Below, piece after piece: positions 17,822 through 27,215 of a stretch of 64,000 bases of DNA; the stretch's first letter is position 1, and each line of letters opens with the position of its first letter. This DNA is from a virus. A program made the translations under genes and the position numbers. The stretch lies in IMG/VR virus record IMGVR_UViG_3300020057_001232, positions 1-64,000 of that record. One strand, 5' to 3'. The notes beneath the pieces are model-generated. The model was not told where the DNA came from and did no database searches. It worked only from the letters and a program-made list of their open reading frames with translations.

Positions 17822-20482
17822 ATGCGTAAGTGGACGCACTACTTCCCTTTCCCTGAATTTCGTCCACATCAAGAAGAGACCCTCTTTCGCATAATTGATG
17901 CCTTAGAGAAGAAGCGTTTCGTTATCCTGCAAGCACCCTGCGGCTGCCACGCCAAAGGCACCCCCATTCTTCTCTACGACGGCAGCCTCAAAGCTGTAGA
18001 AGAGATCGTCGTCGGCGACGTTTTAGTCGGTCCTGACAGCACCCCAAGAAAGGTTCTAGCTCTCCACCGTGGTCGAGATGTTATGGCTAAGATCACGCCT
18101 CTCAAGGGCGAGCCTTTCGTCGTTAATCAAGGACATATCCTTTCGCTACAGCGGTACGGGATGAAAACCGACAGAAAACGCCGTGCAGATTGGGGCGGAG
18201 ATAACAGAGTTACAAACATCTCTGTTAAAGACTATCTACAAGAAAGCAACAATTTTAAGTACGTCAATAAGCTTTACCGTGTACCTGTTACGCACTGGAC
18301 ACCGGCTGCTCTTCCAATTCCACCTTATCTACTTGGTGTCTGGTTAGGTGACGGAACTTCTAACAAACCCGAAATAACAAATGCAGACGACGAAGTTCTA
18401 AGTGCATGGTCGGACTTTGGGGAAAGTTGGGGCTTATCACCTAAACGTGTATTGAACACGGCAAACTGTCCGCAGATTTATTTAAGTAAGGAGGACGCCC
18501 CGGTCAACAAGCTAGTGCAAACTTTAAAGTCTTTGCAAGTTTGGAAAAACAAACACATACCAGGGGCTTACCTCACCGCCTCAACTGAACAGCGACTAGA
18601 ACTACTTGCAGGTCTTATAGACACTGATGGTCACTGTAGTAGTAACACTTTCGACTTTATCTCAAGCAAGCCAGCACTAGCCGATGGTGTCGTTTTCCTG
18701 GCTCGCTCTCTAGGCTTGGCTGCATATTTAAAAATATGCCAAAAGCACTACGTAAAGGATGGTGTTAGAAGTGTTCCGAAAACGTACTACAGGGTCTCCA
18801 TAAGCGGTAACCGCGATATAGTTCCTTGCCGAGTCCTTCGTAAAACCGCTACTGAGCGGCTCCAACAAAAGAGTGTTCTCAGAACATCTTTCACCATCGA
18901 GTTGCTCCCAGAAGATGATTACTTCGGCTTTGAAGTAGACGGCGACCACCTCTACCTAATGGGTGATTTCACTGTCACACATAACAGCGGCAAAAGCTCG
19001 ACGGCGTTAGGCATCGCCCACTACTACGACTCGGCTTACTTAGCCACCGTTCAAAAGCAGCTCCAAGACCAATACGTAGAAGAATACCGAGAGGACATCG
19101 CCCTCCTTAAAGGTAAGTCTAACTATGTCTGTTCGCATTTCTCCAAAGCCCGGCGAGAAGTCAACTGTGCGTCGGCGTCGTGCGGTCTTAACGTCAGCGG
19201 GCGTAACGCCAAACTAGTGCGGGAAAACTGTGAAAGTAAGGGCTCGTGTGCTTACATCAACGCTAAAAACCACGCCATCGCTCACCCTAGGACGCTGCTT
19301 AACTTCAGCAACCTCTTAGCCTTCAGCAATATCGTGTTGGAAAACGGCGAAAAAATCTTACCGTTCCGCAAGATCTTGATCGTGGACGAAGGGCACAAGC
19401 TTGAAAGCGAGCTTTACAGCTTTGCAGAAATCAGCTTCACCGCTGGTATGTACGAAAAAGTGCAGGCGTTGTCAGAAGAACTCCACATGCAAATCCAAGA
19501 GTGGAGCAAGATAGGCACCGTCGAAAACTTGCCATCGCTGCCCTCCGTTAAGGTCTTTGCCGAAAACCTTTTAAAAGAAATCAACGAGTATCTTACCTCC
19601 GTAGGAGGCGTAGACGACCTCCCCGCCGACGAAGTGCGGCAAGTTCCTACGCTTAGGCAAGAAGCTGAGAAGATTTCGACCTTTTTAGCCGACGTAAGCA
19701 GCAAGACCGGCAACTGGAAGGTCAAACCTGCGGTCGGCGGCATCTCGGTCTGCCCTCTGCACGTTGACCATCTCCATCAAATGGCTTTCTCTACGGCTGA
19801 AAAAGTCTTGATAATGTCAGGCACAATTTTAGACCCTAAAACATTCGCCAAAAACTTAGGCATTAAAGAAGAAGACTACGAATACATCGAAGTGCCTTCT
19901 ACATTTCCACCGGAAAACAACATCATCATGAGCTACCCCGTAGGTAGCATGGCTCATCATAGCATCAAAGAGACGTTTCCACGGCTTGTCAAAGCTTTGA
20001 AGTTAATCGCCAAAAAGCACGCAAACGAAAAAGGTGTCATCCAAACTTTCAATTACCGCATCTCCGAGATGTTGCAAAAAGAGTTCGGCAAAGATCCCCG
20101 CTTTCTATTCCATACAAGAGAGACTGATAAAGCTGCGCTGTTAGATATTCATTTTAGATCCAAAGAACCCACGGTATTAGTCGGTCCTGGGTTTAAAGAA
20201 GGTGTAGACTTCAAAGGTCACCTTTGTACGTGGCAAGCTCTCTGCAAAATGCCGTGCCCTGACCTCAAAGATCCCATCGTAGCTGCAAGGCAACGCCTAG
20301 AAGCTGCTTGGTACGATCTTTTGGTGGCTATGGATATTATGCAGATGCTAGGTAGACCAGTGCGGTCTGAAACTGACAAAGCGTTTCAATACGTTTTAGA
20401 CAGTTACTTTCCAATCTTCTATAAAAGAAACCGTAGGCTCTTCCCTAAAGAATTGCAAAAGTCTGTCTTCATAGCGGAGTAG
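17822..20482 (+). CDS. DinG/XPD-family SF2 helicase with intein
   Basis: Q motif FRPHQ; Walker A APCG|SGKS; Fe-S Cys residues; DEGH; MSGT; EGVDF; QMLGRPVRSETD. Confidence 0.88.
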   Translation: MRKWTHYFPFPEFRPHQEETLFRIIDALEKKRFVILQAPCGCHAKGTPILLYDGSLKAVEEIVVGDVLVGPDSTPRKVLALHRGRDVMAKITPLKGEPFVVNQGHILSLQRYGMKTDRKRRADWGGDNRVTNISVKDYLQESNNFKYVNKLYRVPVTHWTPAALPIPPYLLGVWLGDGTSNKPEITNADDEVLSAWSDFGESWGLSPKRVLNTANCPQIYLSKEDAPVNKLVQTLKSLQVWKNKHIPGAYLTASTEQRLELLAGLIDTDGHCSSNTFDFISSKPALADGVVFLARSLGLAAYLKICQKHYVKDGVRSVPKTYYRVSISGNRDIVPCRVLRKTATERLQQKSVLRTSFTIELLPEDDYFGFEVDGDHLYLMGDFTVTHNSGKSSTALGIAHYYDSAYLATVQKQLQDQYVEEYREDIALLKGKSNYVCSHFSKARREVNCASASCGLNVSGRNAKLVRENCESKGSCAYINAKNHAIAHPRTLLNFSNLLAFSNIVLENGEKILPFRKILIVDEGHKLESELYSFAEISFTAGMYEKVQALSEELHMQIQEWSKIGTVENLPSLPSVKVFAENLLKEINEYLTSVGGVDDLPADEVRQVPTLRQEAEKISTFLADVSSKTGNWKVKPAVGGISVCPLHVDHLHQMAFSTAEKVLIMSGTILDPKTFAKNLGIKEEDYEYIEVPSTFPPENNIIMSYPVGSMAHHSIKETFPRLVKALKLIAKKHANEKGVIQTFNYRISEMLQKEFGKDPRFLFHTRETDKAALLDIHFRSKEPTVLVGPGFKEGVDFKGHLCTWQALCKMPCPDLKDPIVAARQRLEAAWYDLLVAMDIMQMLGRPVRSETDKAFQYVLDSYFPIFYKRNRRLFPKELQKSVFIAE
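17945..18985 (+). mobile_element. Intein in the helicase P-loop (LAGLIDADG type)
   Basis: CHAKGT...LGVWLGDG...LLAGLIDTDG...VTHN before Ser. Confidence 0.9.
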
Positions 20483-20487
20483 TTGAC

Positions 20488-20991
20488 GTGGGTAAGATAA
20501 TCGTTCTAATAAACGTTTTTTTGGGGGCATTCGCCTTAGCCTGCCTAACGTCCTTTTTCAAATTTGCTCCCGCTTACAGCGAAGTCCTCCAAGCTGCGAT
20601 CTTCTACGCCGAAGTTGCTTTAACACTCGGCATCCTCGTCCAAGGCTGTCTCTTCATATCAACGTTAGCACTCAGCCATGAAGACCTCTCTAACCAAACC
20701 GTTTTCCAGTCCATGGTCAGAAGGCTTACGACTTACCGTAACAGTAGAGCTTGCCTCTTTGGTCTGTGGTTTCTCATCACAATCTTAGCTCTAGTAGCTT
20801 CCGACTGGTGGCTTTTGAGCGTGGCAGTCGCTAGCCGTACCCTCAGTTGGCTCATCGACATCCATACGGAAATTCTCTATGAGAAAAGAGGTTTGGATCT
20901 GAAAAGCATCAAACAAGATCCCGCCATTAAATACCTTCTTGAAGACTACAAGAAAAAAGACCGTTCAAAATCTGAGAAAACTGAAGTCTAA
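20488..20991 (+). CDS. Membrane protein
   Basis: Three to four hydrophobic segments. Confidence 0.55.
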   Translation: MGKIIVLINVFLGAFALACLTSFFKFAPAYSEVLQAAIFYAEVALTLGILVQGCLFISTLALSHEDLSNQTVFQSMVRRLTTYRNSRACLFGLWFLITILALVASDWWLLSVAVASRTLSWLIDIHTEILYEKRGLDLKSIKQDPAIKYLLEDYKKKDRSKSEKTEV

Positions 20992-21044
20992 AAAGATTAC
21001 TAGTATGGACCTCTTTTACTTTTCGCTCAGCCGAGGGTGCCCTC

Positions 21045-21476
21045 TTGATCGTCCCCACAACCCGCTACGTCATCAAAGTCGAAGCGAAACAGACAATTCT
21101 CCGTAGCATCGCTAAAGGTCTGCTTAAAAAAGCAGCAGTCTCTTTGCTTGCTGTTGTTTTGTCCATGGCGGCGTCTAAGGCTCGGGCATCGGACTTCAAT
21201 TCGAAGCTAAGCACTTACGCCAAAGAGACTACGGCTACCATCTACGAAGAGGGTAACTACAAAGAGATCAAGATCGAAACATCCGGCACGAAAGACAAAT
21301 TCGATGTCGTAGTCAAGAATTTGGCGACTGAAGCCTTCATTACGCTCACGATCATCCCCGGCACCAAGACCAAAATCACGGAGAAAGCCTCCGGTGAAAT
21401 AGACTGGAAGACACGCCTTTGGGCAGATGCTCTTAAGACCTCTTGGGAAGACTCCGCTAAGGAGTTCGCCAAGTGA
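21045..21476 (+). CDS. Hypothetical protein
   Basis: 143-aa ORF overlapping the next start (GTGA). Confidence 0.5.
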   Translation: MIVPTTRYVIKVEAKQTILRSIAKGLLKKAAVSLLAVVLSMAASKARASDFNSKLSTYAKETTATIYEEGNYKEIKIETSGTKDKFDVVVKNLATEAFITLTIIPGTKTKITEKASGEIDWKTRLWADALKTSWEDSAKEFAK

Positions 21477-22954
21477 GGCTAGTTAAGCAGAAATACACCG
21501 TCGTCACGGCGGGGGTCTCAAGCGAAGTCATGGAGTCCATGTTCAAGTCTTACGAAGGCGAAGCGAAAGACTACGCAAGTAAGCTGCTCAAGGCTTGGAT
21601 ACCGGTCCTCTCCAATAAAGAGCAAGTCAAATGGGTTGCCAAAAGACTGCGGGCTTTCTGCGACCGTAAGTTTTTCAAAAAAGAAAACCCGCTCGCCGAC
21701 GACTACGTAGCACTCTACGATCTCTTCGGCAAATTCAGGGACACCAAAAAAGATGCCGAAGAGAGTAAGTTCAAAACTCTCAAAGCTCTGAAGTTCGCAC
21801 CCGACGCTACCCCAGAAGAAGCCGTCAATGCGATCAAGCAGGCTTTCAACGATGCCTTCGACAGAAGCAAGTCCAGTTTAGTGGACACTTCGTCAGGCGA
21901 GCCCGAGACCCTCATCAAATTCCCGAACGGCTACGAGTGGCAGATCTTGCCTGATTCTTCTTGTGGAAACGAAGGTGAAGCAATGCGTCATTGTGGGAAT
22001 TCGGATGGACATCCAGACGACAAGATGCTGTCGTTACGCGAGCCTGTGAAAAAAGGCGGCAAGCTTCTTTGGCGTCCGCATCTCACGTTTATCGTGAACA
22101 ACGGGTTGCTTACGCAGATGAAGGGCAAAGCAAATCAAAAGCCTGACAAGAAGTACCATCCATACATTATTGCCCTTTTGAAAGACCCCATCGTCGAAGG
22201 CATTATCGGTGGCGGCTTTGATCCGCATAATAACTTCGCGCTCAACGATCTCGCCAAAGAGACGCAGAAGAAGTTGATTTCTGAAAAGCCAGCGCTTGAT
22301 GACCTAGATGAGCACGAGTGGTCAGAAGGCAATATCAACATGCTTAAAGACTACATCCCAAAGATGTTCCGTCACAGTGGCAAGGGTGACGACCTGAAAG
22401 CCGAGTCCTACGATGACGCTCTTGACGAGTTTGTGCTCTTCGAGTCCACACTTGGCGAGAATTTCAAAGCTATGGTCCCACTCCTTGAAAGAGGAGATCT
22501 TGACCAAACGATGTTCGACCGGGGAGGGAAACAAGACGCCGACTTCATGGATAAGTACGTACAGACGGAGATCTTACCAAAAATCCCCAAAGCCGCTCTC
22601 ATGAGATTGTTCAAGAAGTATAAGGCGACTGACATCAAAGATCTGTCTAATAAACTAGAACCAGACTTTCTACGTTCGCTTTGGGAGGCAGGATTTAAAC
22701 TTGAGGCGTTCCACTCCGCAGTTCGTCGTTTTTTCAAGCATACCCCTTACCTTGAAGTAGATGAGCCTCTAACTGGAAAGTCCAAACTGCGGCTCGCCAT
22801 AGGCTTGGACTCGGTGATAGATGCGATGCAATCCAATAAGCACCACGTAAAGCCCACTCTCAAAACGTTTTGGGACATTGCCACATTAGAAGGCATCACC
22901 GACAAGTTCATTGACCTAGTAAAGGTCAGAGAATTTTTGGCTCACGGTGCTTGA
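21473..22954 (+). CDS. PcfJ-like domain protein, paralog of 34566-36164
   Basis: EGEAMRHCGN...LSLREP...QMKGKANQKP, shared with the paralog. Confidence 0.6.
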   Translation: MRLVKQKYTVVTAGVSSEVMESMFKSYEGEAKDYASKLLKAWIPVLSNKEQVKWVAKRLRAFCDRKFFKKENPLADDYVALYDLFGKFRDTKKDAEESKFKTLKALKFAPDATPEEAVNAIKQAFNDAFDRSKSSLVDTSSGEPETLIKFPNGYEWQILPDSSCGNEGEAMRHCGNSDGHPDDKMLSLREPVKKGGKLLWRPHLTFIVNNGLLTQMKGKANQKPDKKYHPYIIALLKDPIVEGIIGGGFDPHNNFALNDLAKETQKKLISEKPALDDLDEHEWSEGNINMLKDYIPKMFRHSGKGDDLKAESYDDALDEFVLFESTLGENFKAMVPLLERGDLDQTMFDRGGKQDADFMDKYVQTEILPKIPKAALMRLFKKYKATDIKDLSNKLEPDFLRSLWEAGFKLEAFHSAVRRFFKHTPYLEVDEPLTGKSKLRLAIGLDSVIDAMQSNKHHVKPTLKTFWDIATLEGITDKFIDLVKVREFLAHGA

Positions 22955-22979
22955 CTCCAATTCGGTTCTCTGGTGTAAT
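22951..22979 (+). promoter_or_regulatory. sigma70-like promoter for the ncRNA-RT unit
   Basis: TTGACT-N17-TGTAAT with a TG extension. Confidence 0.45.
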
Positions 22980-23004
22980 CACAGTACAGCAATCAAACAC
23001 ATCT

Positions 23005-23115
23005 TGGGTGTCGGGAAGAGGATAGAGACTTGCAGCGGTAGCGCTCGCCTAAGAAGCGACCCTACTTATGCCTCTCTCGCTTTAGCAGATCACTAAAGCA
23101 CCTTCCCGGCACCCA
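23005..23115 (+). ncRNA. Structured RNA upstream of the RT
   Basis: TGGGTGTCGGGAAG pairs with CTTCCCGGCACCCA (14 bp, one G-U); internal hairpins TCGC/GCGA and GCTTTAG/CTAAAGC. Confidence 0.6.
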
Positions 23116-23142
23116 TCTCCACTTTTAAGAAGCCATCGTCCA

Positions 23143-26124
23143 ATGTCTTCCGTTTTAGATATTTCTAACTCTCCCCATGGACGCCTAACTTCAGTCTCTT
23201 CGCTCTACCTCATCCTCACTAACCTTTTGACGCACGTCTTCAACGGAAACGACCAACGTCGTGCGCTGCCTGTTAGGTGGTATTTGTGGACTAGGCTCGA
23301 AGAGCATCCTGCCGTAAGAGCCAACGGTCGGAGACCTCTTTCTGAAGTCTTCGACAAACTTCACGTAGACACTCAAAAACTCGTCGTGAATATGATTATG
23401 CGCACTCCTTACGCATCGAGTTGGGGACTCATGGGCAAAGACCCTGACCCCGCTCTAGTCCCAGCTTTGAAGGCTTTCACGGAGGAAAAGAAGAAGAGCT
23501 TCCACGACGAAGGCTTTCCGACCCTACTTAAAGAATTTGCAGCTTCACATCCGCAGTTTTTTGTTGCTTTGAAAGACAAAAAGCAAGACGACGCCAAGAT
23601 GCAGCAGTGGGCTCTTAAAGAAATGGCTACCCATGGCTACGAACTGTTCTCTGTGAACAAACAAGCCGAAAAGTTGATCCCAATCATCCACGCCTTGCTT
23701 GATCTCAACCGTTTGACGATCCCTAACTTGGCGCGCAAAGATACTAGAGACCATCACTTGAGCCTCTTCAAGAGCGCCTTCATGGGCGTCGAAGTGGCGT
23801 TGCCGTGCTGCTTTGTGGAAGAGATGGCGACGAAGCATCTTGAGTTCAAGGACTTCTTTTCGACGGCAATTGTTTTTCAACTTCTCTACGAAGAGACTCA
23901 AGGCTCTTACTACTTGCCCAATCTGAAAAAGATAGGCTGGAATTTGGGCTTCCGTGGGTCACCACATGAGAACTACGACTACCTCCACCGTTACAACGGT
24001 CTCTTAGGTACTGATCCTATTTTCAGCTACCCGCAGATCGGCTACGAGCGCGTCGGTGAAGTTACCTCTGAGTTCTCCGCGCCGCCGAAGGTCAAGACTC
24101 CTAATGGTCCAACGCCTAAGTTCACTCAGAAGGCGACCATCTATCAGAACGGTACACAGGGTACGCACTCCTACCGCAACGTCGAAGCCCGCAAGATGGG
24201 GACCTACTTCGTCGATCTTGAGCACTTAAAACACCGTTTCAAAACAACCGAGATGTTGTCGTCCTACGATTTAGAGCTGCCGAACCTACCGCGCCAAATC
24301 CGTTTCATGTCGCCAATCAGTCAATATGATATGACGCTCAAGAACTCGGTTTTTAATGAGAAGGCACAACGTCGTGTTTTCTGTTCTCTACCTCAAAACC
24401 CTATCTTTAAGCCTGACACGTCGAAGTTTCAAAAGAGCATCGATAAGAGGTGGGAGCCGATCTTTGACCGCTACTTGGCTACCAACTTTTCGTTAGCTGG
24501 CTTAGCCGAAGTTGCCAAAGACGACTACACCCTATTCTACAAGCTGAAGCCTTCACTTGAAGCGTTCGCCAAAGTCTTAGCCAAAAAGAAGCAAGATCCA
24601 AATGCCCACGACTATGAAGTCACTACGAGCCGCCAGTTCGACACAGACGAAAGTCTCGACGAGCCTCATCACTACGAAGTAAGAGAGAAGCTCGAACGCT
24701 CCGACAAGAATCTCTATAGCCTATACCAAAGCTATTTACCGTCTTGGCTTGAAACCTTCTCCGACAAGACTAAGCTCAAAGAAGCCGCCTACGGCTTTTC
24801 ACCTATCAGAGTCTTCTTGGCTCAAGAACAACCAGGCAAAGGCAAACGTCGCACCTTATGCCAGTCGTCTATCGAGCAGAAACTCTTCGAAAAGATATCG
24901 AACAGGTTCTGCCAAGTGATCTTGCAAAAGATCAACATGGACCACTTAGACAATTCCATTTCTAATTACTTACCAGGGCAGTCAACCGCTCTATACACTA
25001 TGGAGCGGTTTAAGAAGTACGTCTCCAAAAGAGACGTGGACGTAGATGTCTTCAACCTAGATGTTAGGTCTTGCTTTGATTCTTTAAATTTGAAGCATAA
25101 GAATTTCTTAGAGTGTCTTGACCACGGGTTAGATAATGTTGGAGAGCTTCTCTCGCCAGAGGCTAGAAGCTTTTTAGAGTTGACGCTCAAAGGCTACCTC
25201 TACGGCAACTACGTAGAGACCAAGAAGTTCAAGTTCAAAGTCGATAAAGGAGTCAATCTAGAAGATGGAGCACTACCCACTGGCTTCGTTCTAGCTCCTA
25301 CCCTATGGCTGACCCTAACCTTGCCTTCGGTCGTCTCCCTAGCGAAGGATGTGGCTGCCAAGAAGGTTCTAGCGTTCGACCTCTGCGGTGATGACCTCTT
25401 TGGTCTATCGCCAGTAGGCTTATCGGCAGAAGACAAGACTGCCATCATCAAGCCCTACGTCGAGCTTGCACAGAAGCTCGACCTCAAGTTCCATTTCTTC
25501 AAAAACTACCGCGACGGCTTCTTGCCGATTGCGGAGAAGCACGTAGGTAAATTCAAGGACAACCCTTGGGTTGAGAAGTTTCCGTTGATGTCAGTGCCTC
25601 TCTACCACGCAGGAGCGATGCTCCACCGCCGCAGACTGGTGGAGACCGTAACTTCGTTCAACGACAACACAGCTATTCACAAAATCCGTATGGCTGTGGC
25701 AAAAAAGATCCGTGAAGGCGAGGCTCTCCTTACGGGAGCTAAGCTTGTTCTCTTCGGTGCTAGGTCTCCTACAATAGCTTTTGACCCTTATAAGTCGAAA
25801 GCCCTCAAAGTCGAGGAGGAGCAACCGTCACCCTTAGAGAGACGCCGAAAGACCATAGGAGACCTCCTTCACGGAGAACGCAAAGTGATTGTCTTCCACA
25901 AGCGCGACCGAAAACTAGTCTTGCAGAAGCACCCCAAGATCAAGTTCTTGTCCGACAACCGTATGCAAAAAGAAGCGAGGTTCAACATAATCAAGAACGA
26001 ACAAACCCATCGCCCGAAAACTGCCGAAAGTTCGGAAGCCCCCCAAGGGAGGGGGGAAGGGAAGGGGAGGGCATCCCCCCTATCAATACGTTTGTTCTGG
26101 GAAGTCCCAGAAGAAGTAGCATAA
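23143..26124 (+). CDS. Divergent reverse-transcriptase-fold protein with long N-terminal extension
   Basis: GKGKRRTL...QKL, LDVRSCFDSL, GALPTGFVLAP and LCGDDL occur in RT order and spacing. Confidence 0.75.
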   Translation: MSSVLDISNSPHGRLTSVSSLYLILTNLLTHVFNGNDQRRALPVRWYLWTRLEEHPAVRANGRRPLSEVFDKLHVDTQKLVVNMIMRTPYASSWGLMGKDPDPALVPALKAFTEEKKKSFHDEGFPTLLKEFAASHPQFFVALKDKKQDDAKMQQWALKEMATHGYELFSVNKQAEKLIPIIHALLDLNRLTIPNLARKDTRDHHLSLFKSAFMGVEVALPCCFVEEMATKHLEFKDFFSTAIVFQLLYEETQGSYYLPNLKKIGWNLGFRGSPHENYDYLHRYNGLLGTDPIFSYPQIGYERVGEVTSEFSAPPKVKTPNGPTPKFTQKATIYQNGTQGTHSYRNVEARKMGTYFVDLEHLKHRFKTTEMLSSYDLELPNLPRQIRFMSPISQYDMTLKNSVFNEKAQRRVFCSLPQNPIFKPDTSKFQKSIDKRWEPIFDRYLATNFSLAGLAEVAKDDYTLFYKLKPSLEAFAKVLAKKKQDPNAHDYEVTTSRQFDTDESLDEPHHYEVREKLERSDKNLYSLYQSYLPSWLETFSDKTKLKEAAYGFSPIRVFLAQEQPGKGKRRTLCQSSIEQKLFEKISNRFCQVILQKINMDHLDNSISNYLPGQSTALYTMERFKKYVSKRDVDVDVFNLDVRSCFDSLNLKHKNFLECLDHGLDNVGELLSPEARSFLELTLKGYLYGNYVETKKFKFKVDKGVNLEDGALPTGFVLAPTLWLTLTLPSVVSLAKDVAAKKVLAFDLCGDDLFGLSPVGLSAEDKTAIIKPYVELAQKLDLKFHFFKNYRDGFLPIAEKHVGKFKDNPWVEKFPLMSVPLYHAGAMLHRRRLVETVTSFNDNTAIHKIRMAVAKKIREGEALLTGAKLVLFGARSPTIAFDPYKSKALKVEEEQPSPLERRRKTIGDLLHGERKVIVFHKRDRKLVLQKHPKIKFLSDNRMQKEARFNIIKNEQTHRPKTAESSEAPQGRGEGKGRASPLSIRLFWEVPEEVA

Positions 26125-26169
26125 GCACCTTCCTGTGTATTACTCTTCCCCAATATCATTTAGGCAGGG

Positions 26170-27168
26170 GTGAACTACGTGCGGCGGGAGCGGCAAGATC
26201 TTACGGCGTCACAGCGCGATCAAATGCGGGGTATCCTTGAGGTATACGCAGAAGAAGTTGTTGAAGATGCTGCTGGTTGGAAGATCTGTTGCCCCTTCCA
26301 TAACGACAGCAGACCCTCTTGCACGGTCTTCTACGGCAGTGGGGTCTTTAGCTGTTTTTCATGCGGTGCTAAACAGAGCCCCGTCAAAGGTCTCATCAAG
26401 CTTGGCGTTCCCGAAGAGCACGTAAAAGACATCTTCGAAGTCAAAGAAGATGACTCCCAAATACGCCGTATCAAAAGCCTCCTCGAACTCGAAGAGCCAA
26501 CCCCGCCTAAGCAGCCGACCATAGGCATCATAGACAGAGAGCCGTGGGTACCCGGTTGGGCATTCCGTAAGATCCGCAGCGAGTTTCTACTTGAGCAACT
26601 AGATCTCAAACCCGAACTGGTACGGCTTTGGATTAGAAACAGACAGGGCAAGATCAACCAAGAGCGGTTCCAACGCCTGAGCCTTGCTTACACCGATCAT
26701 GCGCTCTTTCTCCGACTCAGCTCAGAGCAGAAAGTCAGAGTTTTCAACTCCCCAGGACTCCAACTCGCTGACCCCATCTTGCCCCCGTTTGGATTGCCGT
26801 CTTTCAAAGTGTCCAAAGCTCTAGCAGGCATCTTTATCGTAGAAGGTCCATACGATCTTCTACGCACAAGACAACATCTTTATGACTTAGGTATCAGTAA
26901 CCACTTCGCCGTCGTTGCATTGCTAGGAGTTAGCCAGTGGCAAAGTTTCTTAATAAAATATGAATTGAGACTACAATCGACCTGTGGTAATATCCCTTTA
27001 CTATTTGCCTTAGATAACGACGACGCAGGAAACGCTTTGCTTATCAAAGCACAGAAAGACCTTGCTAGATTGCAAGCCCCGTCCTTAGTCTTCCAGTACC
27101 CAGGAAAAGACCCTGGTGATCTGGATCTGCTTCCTTTTAAAAATTCTCTTTTAGATCTTGGATTTTGA
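26170..27168 (+). CDS. DnaG-type primase (CHC2 zinc finger + TOPRIM)
   Basis: CPFHND..PS...FSCFSCG; IVEGPYD; LDNDDAG; KDPGD. Confidence 0.82.
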   Translation: MNYVRRERQDLTASQRDQMRGILEVYAEEVVEDAAGWKICCPFHNDSRPSCTVFYGSGVFSCFSCGAKQSPVKGLIKLGVPEEHVKDIFEVKEDDSQIRRIKSLLELEEPTPPKQPTIGIIDREPWVPGWAFRKIRSEFLLEQLDLKPELVRLWIRNRQGKINQERFQRLSLAYTDHALFLRLSSEQKVRVFNSPGLQLADPILPPFGLPSFKVSKALAGIFIVEGPYDLLRTRQHLYDLGISNHFAVVALLGVSQWQSFLIKYELRLQSTCGNIPLLFALDNDDAGNALLIKAQKDLARLQAPSLVFQYPGKDPGDLDLLPFKNSLLDLGF

Positions 27169-27215
27169 GCCGTGAGTCGTTACGATCCCAGCAAACCATT
27201 TTGCGGAGAACGAGC

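Noticed and set aside
23005-26170. RT as a group II intron or canonical retron
   Set aside because: No interrupted host gene, no recognisable domain V/VI, no YADD, and no retron NAxxH or VTG motifs
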